64,000 bases of DNA, taken from assembly GCA_947570215.1 (NCBI GenBank), contig CANOTO010000001.1, forward strand, positions 262,735 through 326,734. Direction: 5' to 3'. Source of the stretch: an uncultured Clostridia bacterium (lineage in GTDB: Bacteria; Bacillota; Clostridia; Christensenellales; CAG-314). Below the pieces are notes generated by a model. That model saw nothing but the letters and a program-made list of their open reading frames with translations, did not search any database and was not told the DNA's origin. Below, piece after piece: positions 26,070-33,182 of the stretch (position 1 is its first letter; each line of letters opens with the position of its first letter). Both the position numbers and the translations under genes were made by a program.

Positions 26070-26146
26070 GGCGGCGTAGCTTAGATGGTTATAGCGGCCG
26101 GTTCATACCCGGCAGGTCGTTGGTTCGAATCCGACCGCCGCTACCA
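26070..26146 (+). tRNA. tRNA with a CAU anticodon (elongator Met type; Ile2/lysidine cannot be excluded)
   Basis: A cloverleaf folds by hand. Acceptor GGCGGCG/CGCCGCT, anticodon loop TTCATAC, T-loop GGTTCGAATCC, 3' ACCA encoded. Confidence 0.85.
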
Positions 26147-26152
26147 AAATAC

Positions 26153-26227
26153 GGCTCCTTGGTCAAGCGGTTAAGACATCGCCCTTTCACGGCGGTAACA
26201 CGAGTTCGATTCTCGTAGGAGTCACCA
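26153..26227 (+). tRNA. tRNA-Glu (UUC)
   Basis: GGCTCCTTGGTCAAGCGGTTAAGACATCGCCCTTTCACGGCGGTAACACGAGTTCGATTCTCGTAGGAGTCACCA is the classic bacterial tRNA-Glu scaffold. Confidence 0.9.
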
Positions 26228-26230
26228 TAT

Positions 26231-26306
26231 GGGGAGTTAGCTCAGTTGGGAGAGCATCTGCCTTACAAGCAGGGGGTCACAGGTTCGAGCCCTGTACTCC
26301 CCACCA
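26231..26306 (+). tRNA. tRNA-Val (UAC)
   Basis: GGGGAGTTAGCTCAGTTGGGAGAGCATCTGCCTTACAAGCAGGGGGTCACAGGTTCGAGCCCTGTACTCCCCACCA, with anticodon loop CTTACAA. Confidence 0.9.
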
Positions 26307-26383
26307 TACAGTGCCCGGTCGAACCTTTTAGGTTAGGCTGGGTATTTTATTTAGAAACACGCATTACGGCGTGTTTTTTGCAT
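26300..26383. repeat. att-like direct repeat, left copy (tRNA-Val 3' end + flank + terminator)
   Basis: CCCACCATA..GCCCGGTCGAAC..TTTT...GGGT.TTTATTT..GAAACACGC...GGCGTGTTTTTTGCA recurs at 30463-30547. I estimate roughly four fifths identity by eye. Confidence 0.7.
26356..26380 (+). terminator. Terminator of the tRNA cluster
   Basis: AACACGC-ATTACG-GCGTGTT followed by TTTTTT. Confidence 0.7.
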
Positions 26384-26656
26384 TTAATGGGGCGTTGTGT
26401 GTCGTCAATTAAGTTTTCTTTATTTATATGAGTTCTATTAAATAAATTTGTATGAGAAATGAAATTATCACGGGTATTGACACGGTGTGGTATAATGTAA
26501 TTAGGGAAAGTGATTATTCATAGCGAACGCACTACACAATGTAACGCGTTCGCTTGTTTATTGTTACGTAACATTCAAACTGTGGGGCCTGAATTAAATT
26601 TACGTTGTTCAATATATTACTTTCCTGTATTTTACAAAAAGGAGAAATATATAATT

Positions 26657-27244
26657 TTGAATGTGTTTGATAATATCAGAGACAAAGTGTTAAGCCTGTT
26701 CAATCAAAACGGTTGGATAAAGTGGATACATGAAGGAACAATGCGAGCCTACGACAACGAGGATAAAAAGTCAAATATAATATATGCAAGTAAAAGTAAT
26801 CACTGCGCCAAATGCCTTAATATGAACGGTTGCTGCTTTCCTAGAAATAATATGCCGAATTATCCGTTGCATTACAACTGCCATTGTTGGTTAATGCCTG
26901 TAAACAATATACATTTTGAAGCAACAAGTACTAACGAGAAATTTACTATAAATATTTTCAATCCAACGGAAACGAACGGCAAAATTGTGTTGTTTGAAAG
27001 TTTAGGATATGATAAAATGGATTATGAAATGCTAATTGATTTGTATTGCAAACAGGCCAAAGAAAAATACTCTAACGGGGATTTTATTTTAGGTAAGTTA
27101 GACAACTTTGGTCAACGTATCAATATTGTCATTGCATTACCAAGTAAAGATGGAAGCCGAATTAAATATGTTAAGTCGGCTTGGATGGTCTATCCTGACG
27201 GAAAAATCAAATTAATAACCGCAGACGGAGGGAAAGTAAAATGA
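26657..27244 (+). CDS. MuF C-terminal stub fused to an uncharacterised ~115-aa C-terminal domain (candidate toxin, module A)
   Basis: The probable start is TTG at 26657, about 12 nt after GGAG. The ORF-track start at 26510 lies upstream of a leader hairpin. CAKCLNMNGCCFPRNNMPNYPLHYNCHCWLMP matches the C..C..lnG.vF...P.HpNCrC end of phage Mu F / SPP1 gp7 head-morphogenesis proteins. The rest of the protein belongs to no family I can name. Confidence 0.6.
   Translation: MNVFDNIRDKVLSLFNQNGWIKWIHEGTMRAYDNEDKKSNIIYASKSNHCAKCLNMNGCCFPRNNMPNYPLHYNCHCWLMPVNNIHFEATSTNEKFTINIFNPTETNGKIVLFESLGYDKMDYEMLIDLYCKQAKEKYSNGDFILGKLDNFGQRINIVIALPSKDGSRIKYVKSAWMVYPDGKIKLITADGGKVK
26786..26928. repeat. 143-bp perfect direct repeat, copy 1
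   Basis: Checked base by base against 29589-29731: identical. It covers the MuF CxxC...HxNCxC motif. Confidence 0.95.
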
Positions 27245-27639
27245 AAGAATATGATTATATAAAGTTATTGGTTGAAAAAGAGCGATATGCCAAAGACAAC
27301 GTACATAAAGGCATGACGGGATGGATATGCGACGAAAGAATAATAAATGATTGTCGTCTAGTTTGTTTTGATAATTGTGATTTGGAAGACTATCCTATAA
27401 TCTCCATTAAAATCGAAGACATGGAAGTAATTTGGAGCGCACCGACAAAAGACATCGGTACTGAAGTCATTTTATCCGTCAGCAATTACGAGAATATCGG
27501 ACTACATAGAGGACTGAAAGGAACAACCATTGCAAAAGGTGAAAAAGACAATCAATGGATTGTACGTTTTCACAAACAAGACGGGTTACAGCAAGAAACA
27601 GAATGTACACTTAACGAAAGCGACATAGTAATTATCTAA
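27241..27639 (+). CDS. Small protein with two SH3-like halves; candidate immunity/antitoxin of module A
   Basis: ATGA overlap with the upstream stop. The two halves (YDYIKLLVEKERYAKDNVHKGMTGWICDE...VCF and GTEVILSVSNYENIGLHRGLKGTTIAKG...VRF) look like an internal duplication. It is a paralogue of 30043-30441. Confidence 0.65.
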   Translation: MKEYDYIKLLVEKERYAKDNVHKGMTGWICDERIINDCRLVCFDNCDLEDYPIISIKIEDMEVIWSAPTKDIGTEVILSVSNYENIGLHRGLKGTTIAKGEKDNQWIVRFHKQDGLQQETECTLNESDIVII

Positions 27640-27640
27640 A

Positions 27641-27671
27641 ATTCGTTTTAGGTTGTGAATACCCCACCATA
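27641..27671. repeat. 31-bp module-end repeat containing the CCCACCATA core (middle copy)
   Basis: ATTCGTTTTAGGTTGTGAATACCCCACCATA versus 30441-30471 ATTCGTTTTAGGTTATCTAATTCCCACCATA. Confidence 0.7.
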
Positions 27672-28157
27672 ATAAACCCATAACCCATTATTTTTGACTT
27701 CAACATCATTTAACGCTGATTGTATCATCGTTGAAAATGCTGATATTCCCCATGTCTCCCAAGCGCCTTTTATGTTTTCCGCCACGATGTTGATAATATT
27801 AGTTCTTAATGTGTAATACGATGTATTCTGAATAAATAATTCACCATAAGTTTCAGTCGCGCGCGGTGCTATCGTTAAAGTATCGTAAAGTGCTTTTTCT
27901 ACTACGTATTTAGTAATATCTAACTCTTTTATAAAACCGCTTTCATTATTTGTAATTGAAAACAGTCCTACATTTAAGCCATAACGTATAGTACCACTTA
28001 CGCTTCCGCTTGCTAAGATAGTAGATGCGTTGATTAGTATTTTGTTGATATGGTCGATTTTTTGGTTTGTAATAATCTGACAATTATTTGTTGTGATTTT
28101 TGAACTGCTGCTACGTGGGGTTATCCACGCATTATTTGCCGGAAAAATAGATGCCAT
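27648..28157 (-). CDS. Hypothetical protein (169 aa), AT-rich island gene
   Basis: Long ORF with GGAGAAGAAAAT upstream of the ATG. No motif recognised. Confidence 0.5.
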   Translation of the reverse strand: MASIFPANNAWITPRSSSSKITTNNCQIITNQKIDHINKILINASTILASGSVSGTIRYGLNVGLFSITNNESGFIKELDITKYVVEKALYDTLTIAPRATETYGELFIQNTSYYTLRTNIINIVAENIKGAWETWGISAFSTMIQSALNDVEVKNNGLWVYYGGVFTT

Positions 28158-28207
28158 ATTTTCTTCTCCTTATTGACATTTAATGATTTTTAATGTATAT
28201 TTTGATT

Positions 28208-28585
28208 ATGAAACGATTAAACAAAAAGCAGATTGTCTTCGGCTCAATCGCATTAGGTTGCCTTTTATTTTTAATCTATATCCTTATCTGCCCTTTGGGT
28301 TATTTAAGCAATAGATATTTTTGTTACTTTTCAGAGCAACACAAAATTATGAGCGTTGGATTTGGAACAAAGTTTGACAGAAGTGGCTTTGACAATCCTT
28401 TTGTTGTGTTAGGTTATATTAACGTTCCACAAGTCGTTATCTTTTGTGCTATATCACTGATTTTGATTGCTTGCATCGTACTTGTTTGTAAAAATACGCC
28501 CCGTCGCCCGACTAAGGCGGAACGCCTGCAAGCACAAATCGACGAACTGCAACAGCAGGTTGACGAGTTGAAGAAAGGGGACTAA
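28208..28585 (+). CDS. Hypothetical two-TM membrane protein with a C-terminal coiled coil
   Basis: MKRLNKKQIVFGSIALGCLLFLIYILICPLGY..., a second TM segment VVIFCAISLILIACIVLV, and the tail AERLQAQIDELQQQVDELKK. Confidence 0.5.
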   Translation: MKRLNKKQIVFGSIALGCLLFLIYILICPLGYLSNRYFCYFSEQHKIMSVGFGTKFDRSGFDNPFVVLGYINVPQVVIFCAISLILIACIVLVCKNTPRRPTKAERLQAQIDELQQQVDELKKGD

Positions 28586-28678
28586 CTCCCCTTTCCTTAT
28601 GCTGCTTCATCATTGTGCATTAAAAAAGGACGATGCCTATCGCCCTTAATTTTTATATTAAAAAAGATTGACGTCTGC

Positions 28679-28863
28679 TGTGAACCCCAAAAGTTGGATA
28701 AATAATATAGTTAGATTTGATGTGAATGAGTTCGGTACTGTACCGGACTCATTCCGTTTAGTGTTAGAGATATTCTCTTGTTATTCCAATAGTTGATGTA
28801 CTCTTTCAGACGGTGGACGAATTCGTCCACTGTCTGAAACTTTTCACCATAGTACATTATCGT
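28679..28863 (-). mobile_element. IS3-family insertion-sequence remnant (3' end of the transposase ORF plus a putative terminal inverted repeat)
   Basis: The C-terminal ~50 codons read ...YYGEKFQTVDEFVHRLKEYINYWNNKRISLTLNGMSPVQYRTHS, the typical IS3/IS150 OrfB tail. TGTGAACCCCAAAAGTTGGA at 28679 is a plausible IR starting with TG. The rest of the IS is absent. Confidence 0.6.
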
Positions 28864-29472
28864 CGTGTAATTGCCCGAGTTAGTCAACCGCGGTATTGCG
28901 TCTATGACCGCCCCGATTTGCACAAGGCACTCCCACAACGTCGTTTGCGTGTTCCACTTAAACTGCGGAGACTTAATATTCTTTAACGCATACACCACCT
29001 TGTTTTCAACCGTCAACGAATATTGCGCGGTTTCGCTTTGTCCGTAGTCGAACGGGACAATATCGAGCAACCGCGTTACAACGTCAAACAAGCTGTCGCG
29101 CTTATCTACCGCTTCGGGCTGCGTTACGCCTATGCCGTCTATCAACACGCCTTCAAGTGTTTTACTTGGCTCTACCAGTGCCACTTCGTGCGAATATATG
29201 CCCTGTTCGTCATCGTCCGCTCGAGCCAACGCTCTGTTGTCCGTCCCCACATACCAAAAGATTTCCCATTCCGTCGGAGAATACCGTACGCTTACGTTGT
29301 AATGCGCAAGCGGGGCGACCATACCTTTGCCGTGCGCTTCCGTCTTCAAATACCGCAGCGTTCCGCTGTCTAACTCTGCACCCAACTGAAACACTAAATC
29401 TATCGGCGACTTGGCTCGCAATTCGCTCTCTAAGCCGCCTTCATTTTTCAACAATCTTGCTTCTACGCTCAT
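28711..29472 (-). pseudogene. Chimeric ORF: N-terminal ~200 aa of a phage tail/minor structural protein fused in frame to the IS3 transposase tail
   Basis: The start MSVEARLLKNEGG follows AGGTGGACAA. The middle part ...YSHEVALVEPSKTLEGVLIDG...SLFDVVTRLLDIVPF...PQFKWNTQTTLWECLVQIGAVIDAIPRLT resembles N-terminal regions of siphophage tail-tip proteins. The junction is near 28863. Confidence 0.5.
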
Positions 29473-29588
29473 TTGTCCACCTACCTGTTTTGCCCGGACA
29501 GATATCCCGCGCGCCGAGCCAATTCGCTTGCGTTGCGGTTCTGCCACATAATCGGTGTGTGATATTCTTGTAAAAGAGTGCATGCGCG

Positions 29589-29731
29589 GCAAGTAAAAGT
29601 AATCACTGCGCCAAATGCCTTAATATGAACGGTTGCTGCTTTCCTAGAAATAATATGCCGAATTATCCGTTGCATTACAACTGCCATTGTTGGTTAATGC
29701 CTGTAAACAATATACATTTTGAAGCAACAAG
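29589..29731. repeat. 143-bp perfect direct repeat, copy 2
   Basis: Identical to 26786-26928. Confidence 0.95.
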
Positions 29732-30059
29732 CAATTTGCGTAAGTTCGAAGAATATGCTTTAAAATTCAAACCCGTAAACGATAAAAGTGGATTGTTTTT
29801 AAAATGGGGCTATGATATAATGGATGCAGATTGGTTATTGCAAGAATATTGCCGTCAAGCGCAGGAAAAATATGCTAACGGAAAATTTACTCGTTTTAAA
29901 TTAGATGACTTCGGCCAGCATATAAATATTAAAATAACATTGCCACGCAAAGACGGGAAAGGCAGTGTCACATTAACGTCGGGTTGGTTAGTATACCCCG
30001 ACGGAGAGATTAAGCTAACAACACCATATGGAGATAAGGAATATGAAAGAATACGATAG
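29625..30059 (+). CDS. 5'-truncated paralogue of the MuF-stub/unknown-domain gene (module B)
   Basis: The frame is open from 29574, and the first ATG at 29625 lies inside the 143-bp repeat. The C-terminal domain ...WGYDIMDADWLLQEYCRQAQEKYANGKFTRFKLDDFGQHINIKITLPRKDGKGSVTLTSGWLVYPDGEIKLTTPY is homologous to module A but diverged. No RBS is seen upstream. Confidence 0.55.
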   Translation: MNGCCFPRNNMPNYPLHYNCHCWLMPVNNIHFEATSNLRKFEEYALKFKPVNDKSGLFLKWGYDIMDADWLLQEYCRQAQEKYANGKFTRFKLDDFGQHINIKITLPRKDGKGSVTLTSGWLVYPDGEIKLTTPYGDKEYERIR

Positions 30060-30441
30060 CGTAAAACTAACAGTAGAAAAAGAAAAATACGCCAAAGAGG
30101 GCGTGCACAAGGGAATGATCGGCTGGATATGCGACGAAAGAATAATAAACGAGCAACGATTGGTTTGCTTTGACGGAGGAGAGGTATCTCCCTTTCCCAT
30201 ATTACCGATTAAAGAATACGATTTAGAAGTCGTATGGGAATCGCACGAAAGGCAAGTAGGAGACAAAGTTCTTTTTTTGTCGGAACAGTACAAAAACGTA
30301 GGCATTGCAAAAGGATTGCGAGGCGTATTGATTGCCAAGTTGGAAAATAACAAATGGACAATCCGTTTTCACAAACAAGACGGATTACAACAAGAATGTG
30401 ATTTGACGGTTGACGGAAACGATTTTATAGTTGACAATTAA
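30043..30441 (+). CDS. Small protein with two SH3-like halves; candidate immunity/antitoxin of module B
   Basis: MKEYDSVKLTVEKEKYAKEGVHKGMIGWICDERIINEQRLVCFDGG... is a clear paralogue of 27241-27639. The start was trimmed from 30028 to the ATG at 30043 by analogy, and follows GGAGATAAGGAAT. Confidence 0.65.
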   Translation: MKEYDSVKLTVEKEKYAKEGVHKGMIGWICDERIINEQRLVCFDGGEVSPFPILPIKEYDLEVVWESHERQVGDKVLFLSEQYKNVGIAKGLRGVLIAKLENNKWTIRFHKQDGLQQECDLTVDGNDFIVDN

Positions 30442-30471
30442 TTCGTTTTAGGTTATCTAATTCCCACCATA
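30441..30471. repeat. 31-bp module-end repeat containing the CCCACCATA core (right copy)
   Basis: See 27641-27671. Confidence 0.7.
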
Positions 30472-30547
30472 GCATTGCCCGGTCGAACATTTTGTTTGAT
30501 TGGGTCTTTATTTTGAAAACACGCAAATTAGGCGTGTTTTTTTGCAC
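30463..30547. repeat. att-like direct repeat, right copy (displaced tRNA-Val flank and terminator)
   Basis: See 26300-26383. Confidence 0.7.
30518..30544 (+). terminator. Duplicated tRNA-cluster terminator
   Basis: AACACGC-AAATTAG-GCGTGTT followed by TTTTTTT. Confidence 0.6.
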
Positions 30548-30789
30548 TATAAATAACCGGAACCGCGTGTTAGTGTTATACTATAAAGCGCCTTCGTTGT
30601 CGAGTGGATTGTTTCACTATGGAAAATGTTTATTTTACTATTTACAAATAAAATAATATACGCAAAATTTATCATGGGCATTGACCCACGTAAAAATCGA
30701 GATTACGCTATTACAATTTATTACAAATATTACATGTTTTAGGTTATCTGATTTCAACCGTCAAATCCCATAAACGAAAGTTCGTTTAT

Positions 30790-31260
30790 GGAGTTTGCTT
30801 ATTTTCGAGCTTTGCGCAGCCGTAACGGAAGAAAGAACGTCGACGCTCCACATACGCGACACGGACAGCGACGCTATATTCCACCGCGAAACCGCGCCGT
30901 TGACAATGAGATAATACTTAACGCTGAAATCGCTTGCGTTAAAATCCGCCGAAGATTTCCTGACGCTGTACAATTTCCGTTCCATACAAAACGTTCAGCT
31001 GTCTGCCTAAAAGAGAAACATTCTACGACACGGTTCCGCTAAACGCTGACGACATGTACCTGCATACCCCAAACGTCAACTCCTGCTACTTCGGCGAAGT
31101 GGACGCAACCTGCGACAACGAAGGAGAAATACTCGCCCGCCGCAAACGCGGCTTCGATTTGTTGAAAAAAACGCCAGACTTTTCGATTAACAAGCCCGTG
31201 CCAGGCAGCTGCAGCGAAACGTGGTCGGCAAAAGGTTCTTCGCCGTTTTATTTGGCATGA
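30790..31260 (+). pseudogene. Possible decayed gene (frame-shifted coding-like fragments)
   Basis: Two + frames give protein-like stretches, ...VTEERTSTLHIRDTDSDAIFHRETAPLT* and ...YKTFSCLPKRETFYDTVPLNADDMYLHTPNVNSCYFGEVDATCDNEGEILARRKRGFDLL... Neither has a start or RBS. No family recognised. Confidence 0.25.
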
Positions 31261-31536
31261 CAGAATTCACGCAAAAGCAATTCGCCGCATGGCGTTAAAA
31301 ACCTTCGGCAATCAAAGCGCGGCAAACGCGTTTTTTCTCGACGTATAGCACTTTGCGTTGCTTTTAACTTTAGTCCGTATAACACTTGCCTTAAAAAGTT
31401 CTTTTAATCGGGCGTTTTTAGTTTTCGATTATTATTTTTACAAAATTATTTTTTTTTAGCAACAATTTTGCCGGCTCGGTTGTTATATATATAGAGAAAG
31501 TACATTAAGTTTCAAAAAAACAAGGAGAAAAACACT

Positions 31537-32475
31537 ATGAAAAAAATTATTGCTTTTGTATGCATAACGCTTACCGCCGTTATAACCTTGTCGCTGTGCG
31601 CTTGCAACATTACCAACGGCGCGCTATCGTCAGACGACGTATACGGAATAGGCGCAGTTTCCGCTGCCAAGCTGCTGGGCAGCAGCGTGTCCGCCAACGC
31701 CATCGCCACTCTTTCCGCCGCTACTAAGGCTATGACTGCGGAAAGCTCCGAAGCGTCCGACGTTAAAGATAACATCGAACGCTTTAACCAATACTTTGCC
31801 GCTTTGGACAGCTTCCTTGGCGAAGAACTGGTAACTACCGTTACTGTCGAGAATACTAACCCCGATTATCCTTTCGATACCGTTATGACCATTACAGGTA
31901 AGGATATTAACGGAAACGACATTCCTTACACCATGTATTATTCCGAAACTCTTGTCAGCAACGAATCCGACGAAGAAGAATCGGAAAAAGAATTTCTGCT
32001 TACCGGAATTATGGTAATAGACAAAGTAGACTACTACCTTGAAGGCGAACGTACCGAAGAAAGCGAAAAGGACGAGCAGGAAAACGAGCTTAGAATAAGA
32101 GCGTACTTAGACAAAGACGTTAAAGACTCCTACATTCAAATGGAGCAGGAAGTTTCGCAAGAAAACAATGAAAAAGAAACGGAATACGTTTACAGCGTAT
32201 ACTCCGACGGAACGCTTGTAGAGCAAACGGCAATAGAATTCGAAACGGAAAGAAAAGGCGCAAAGGAAGAAACGAAATACGAATTAGAGTTTATTCAAGG
32301 CGCGGCCAAGGGCAGATACCGGCTTAAAAAAGAATCCGTTAACGGACAAACGCAGATAAACGTGGTTTATCAATTAAACGGCAAACAAGGCGAATTTACA
32401 ATTAAAGAAGTAGAAATAGACGGTCAAACTCATTACCAATATCGGTTCTCTGACGATGCCATATTGATATTTTAA
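31537..32475 (+). CDS. Acidic lipoprotein, function unknown
   Basis: MKKIIAFVCITLTAVITLSLCAC lipobox. The mature part is Glu/Asp-rich. RBS AAGGAGAAAAAC. Confidence 0.75.
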   Translation: MKKIIAFVCITLTAVITLSLCACNITNGALSSDDVYGIGAVSAAKLLGSSVSANAIATLSAATKAMTAESSEASDVKDNIERFNQYFAALDSFLGEELVTTVTVENTNPDYPFDTVMTITGKDINGNDIPYTMYYSETLVSNESDEEESEKEFLLTGIMVIDKVDYYLEGERTEESEKDEQENELRIRAYLDKDVKDSYIQMEQEVSQENNEKETEYVYSVYSDGTLVEQTAIEFETERKGAKEETKYELEFIQGAAKGRYRLKKESVNGQTQINVVYQLNGKQGEFTIKEVEIDGQTHYQYRFSDDAILIF

Positions 32476-32545
32476 TTAAAAAATACAAATCCTGCCGATA
32501 CGGATAAGCTTGTTTTATCGCTCAAACCGTTATCGGCAGGATTTT

Positions 32546-33145
32546 TTATTTTTTCAAATACTTACGCGCTTTGCCTTCCTTTACAGTTAGATAGCTGCGC
32601 CCTATGGAAAACGCTCCGTCCGGCACGTCCTTATCCACCGTGGTTCCGCACGCTATAAAACAATCGTTACCGACATATAACGGCGCGACAAGGTTAGAAT
32701 TGCATCCTATGAAGCAATTGTCCCCTACCGTCGTTTTGTGCTTAACCTTGCCGTCGTAGTTGACGAAGATAACGCCGCAGCCTATGTTCGTACCCTTGCC
32801 TACGTACGCGTCGCCTACATAAGACAAATGACTTGCCTTTACCCCGTCGCAAAGCGTACTCTTTTTTACTTCCACATAGTTACCTATTCGGCAGCCGTCG
32901 CCGACATACGCATGCTCGCGCAAATGCGCGTTTGGACCTACGGTACAGTTCGCGCCTACTTCGCTACTCTCTATACGCGACGACTTGACGACTGTGTTTT
33001 CGCCTATTACGGAATCGACAACGTAGGAGAAGCTCCCCACAACGCACCCGTCGCGTAAAACGGTGTTTCCGCGTACCACGGCGTACGGTTCTATTACGAC
33101 GTTATCGCCTACGATTACGCTGTCTTCTATGTAATAATTCGTCAT
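32546..33145 (-). CDS. Stand-alone left-handed beta-helix acetyltransferase equivalent to the C-terminal half of GlmU
   Basis: ...VGPNAHLREHAYVGDGCRIGNYVEVKKSTLCDGVKASHLSYVGDAYVGKGTNIGCGVIFVNYDGKVKHKTTVGDNCFIGCNSNLVAP... aligns with the GlmU acetyltransferase domain. The upstream neighbour spoIIE ends 37 bp before this gene's start, so there is no room for a uridyltransferase domain. Confidence 0.8.
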   Translation of the reverse strand: MTNYYIEDSVIVGDNVVIEPYAVVRGNTVLRDGCVVGSFSYVVDSVIGENTVVKSSRIESSEVGANCTVGPNAHLREHAYVGDGCRIGNYVEVKKSTLCDGVKASHLSYVGDAYVGKGTNIGCGVIFVNYDGKVKHKTTVGDNCFIGCNSNLVAPLYVGNDCFIACGTTVDKDVPDGAFSIGRSYLTVKEGKARKYLKK

Positions 33146-33182
33146 CGGTTTCTCCGCGTTTTTTTGCTACATTGTATGCGCG

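Noticed and set aside
26510-26656. The ORF-track N-terminal extension of the MuF-stub gene (start at 26510).
   Set aside because: The extension begins inside the promoter/leader, reads through a perfect 9-bp hairpin and has odd composition. A GGAG plus TTG start at 26657 fits better. The start remains uncertain.
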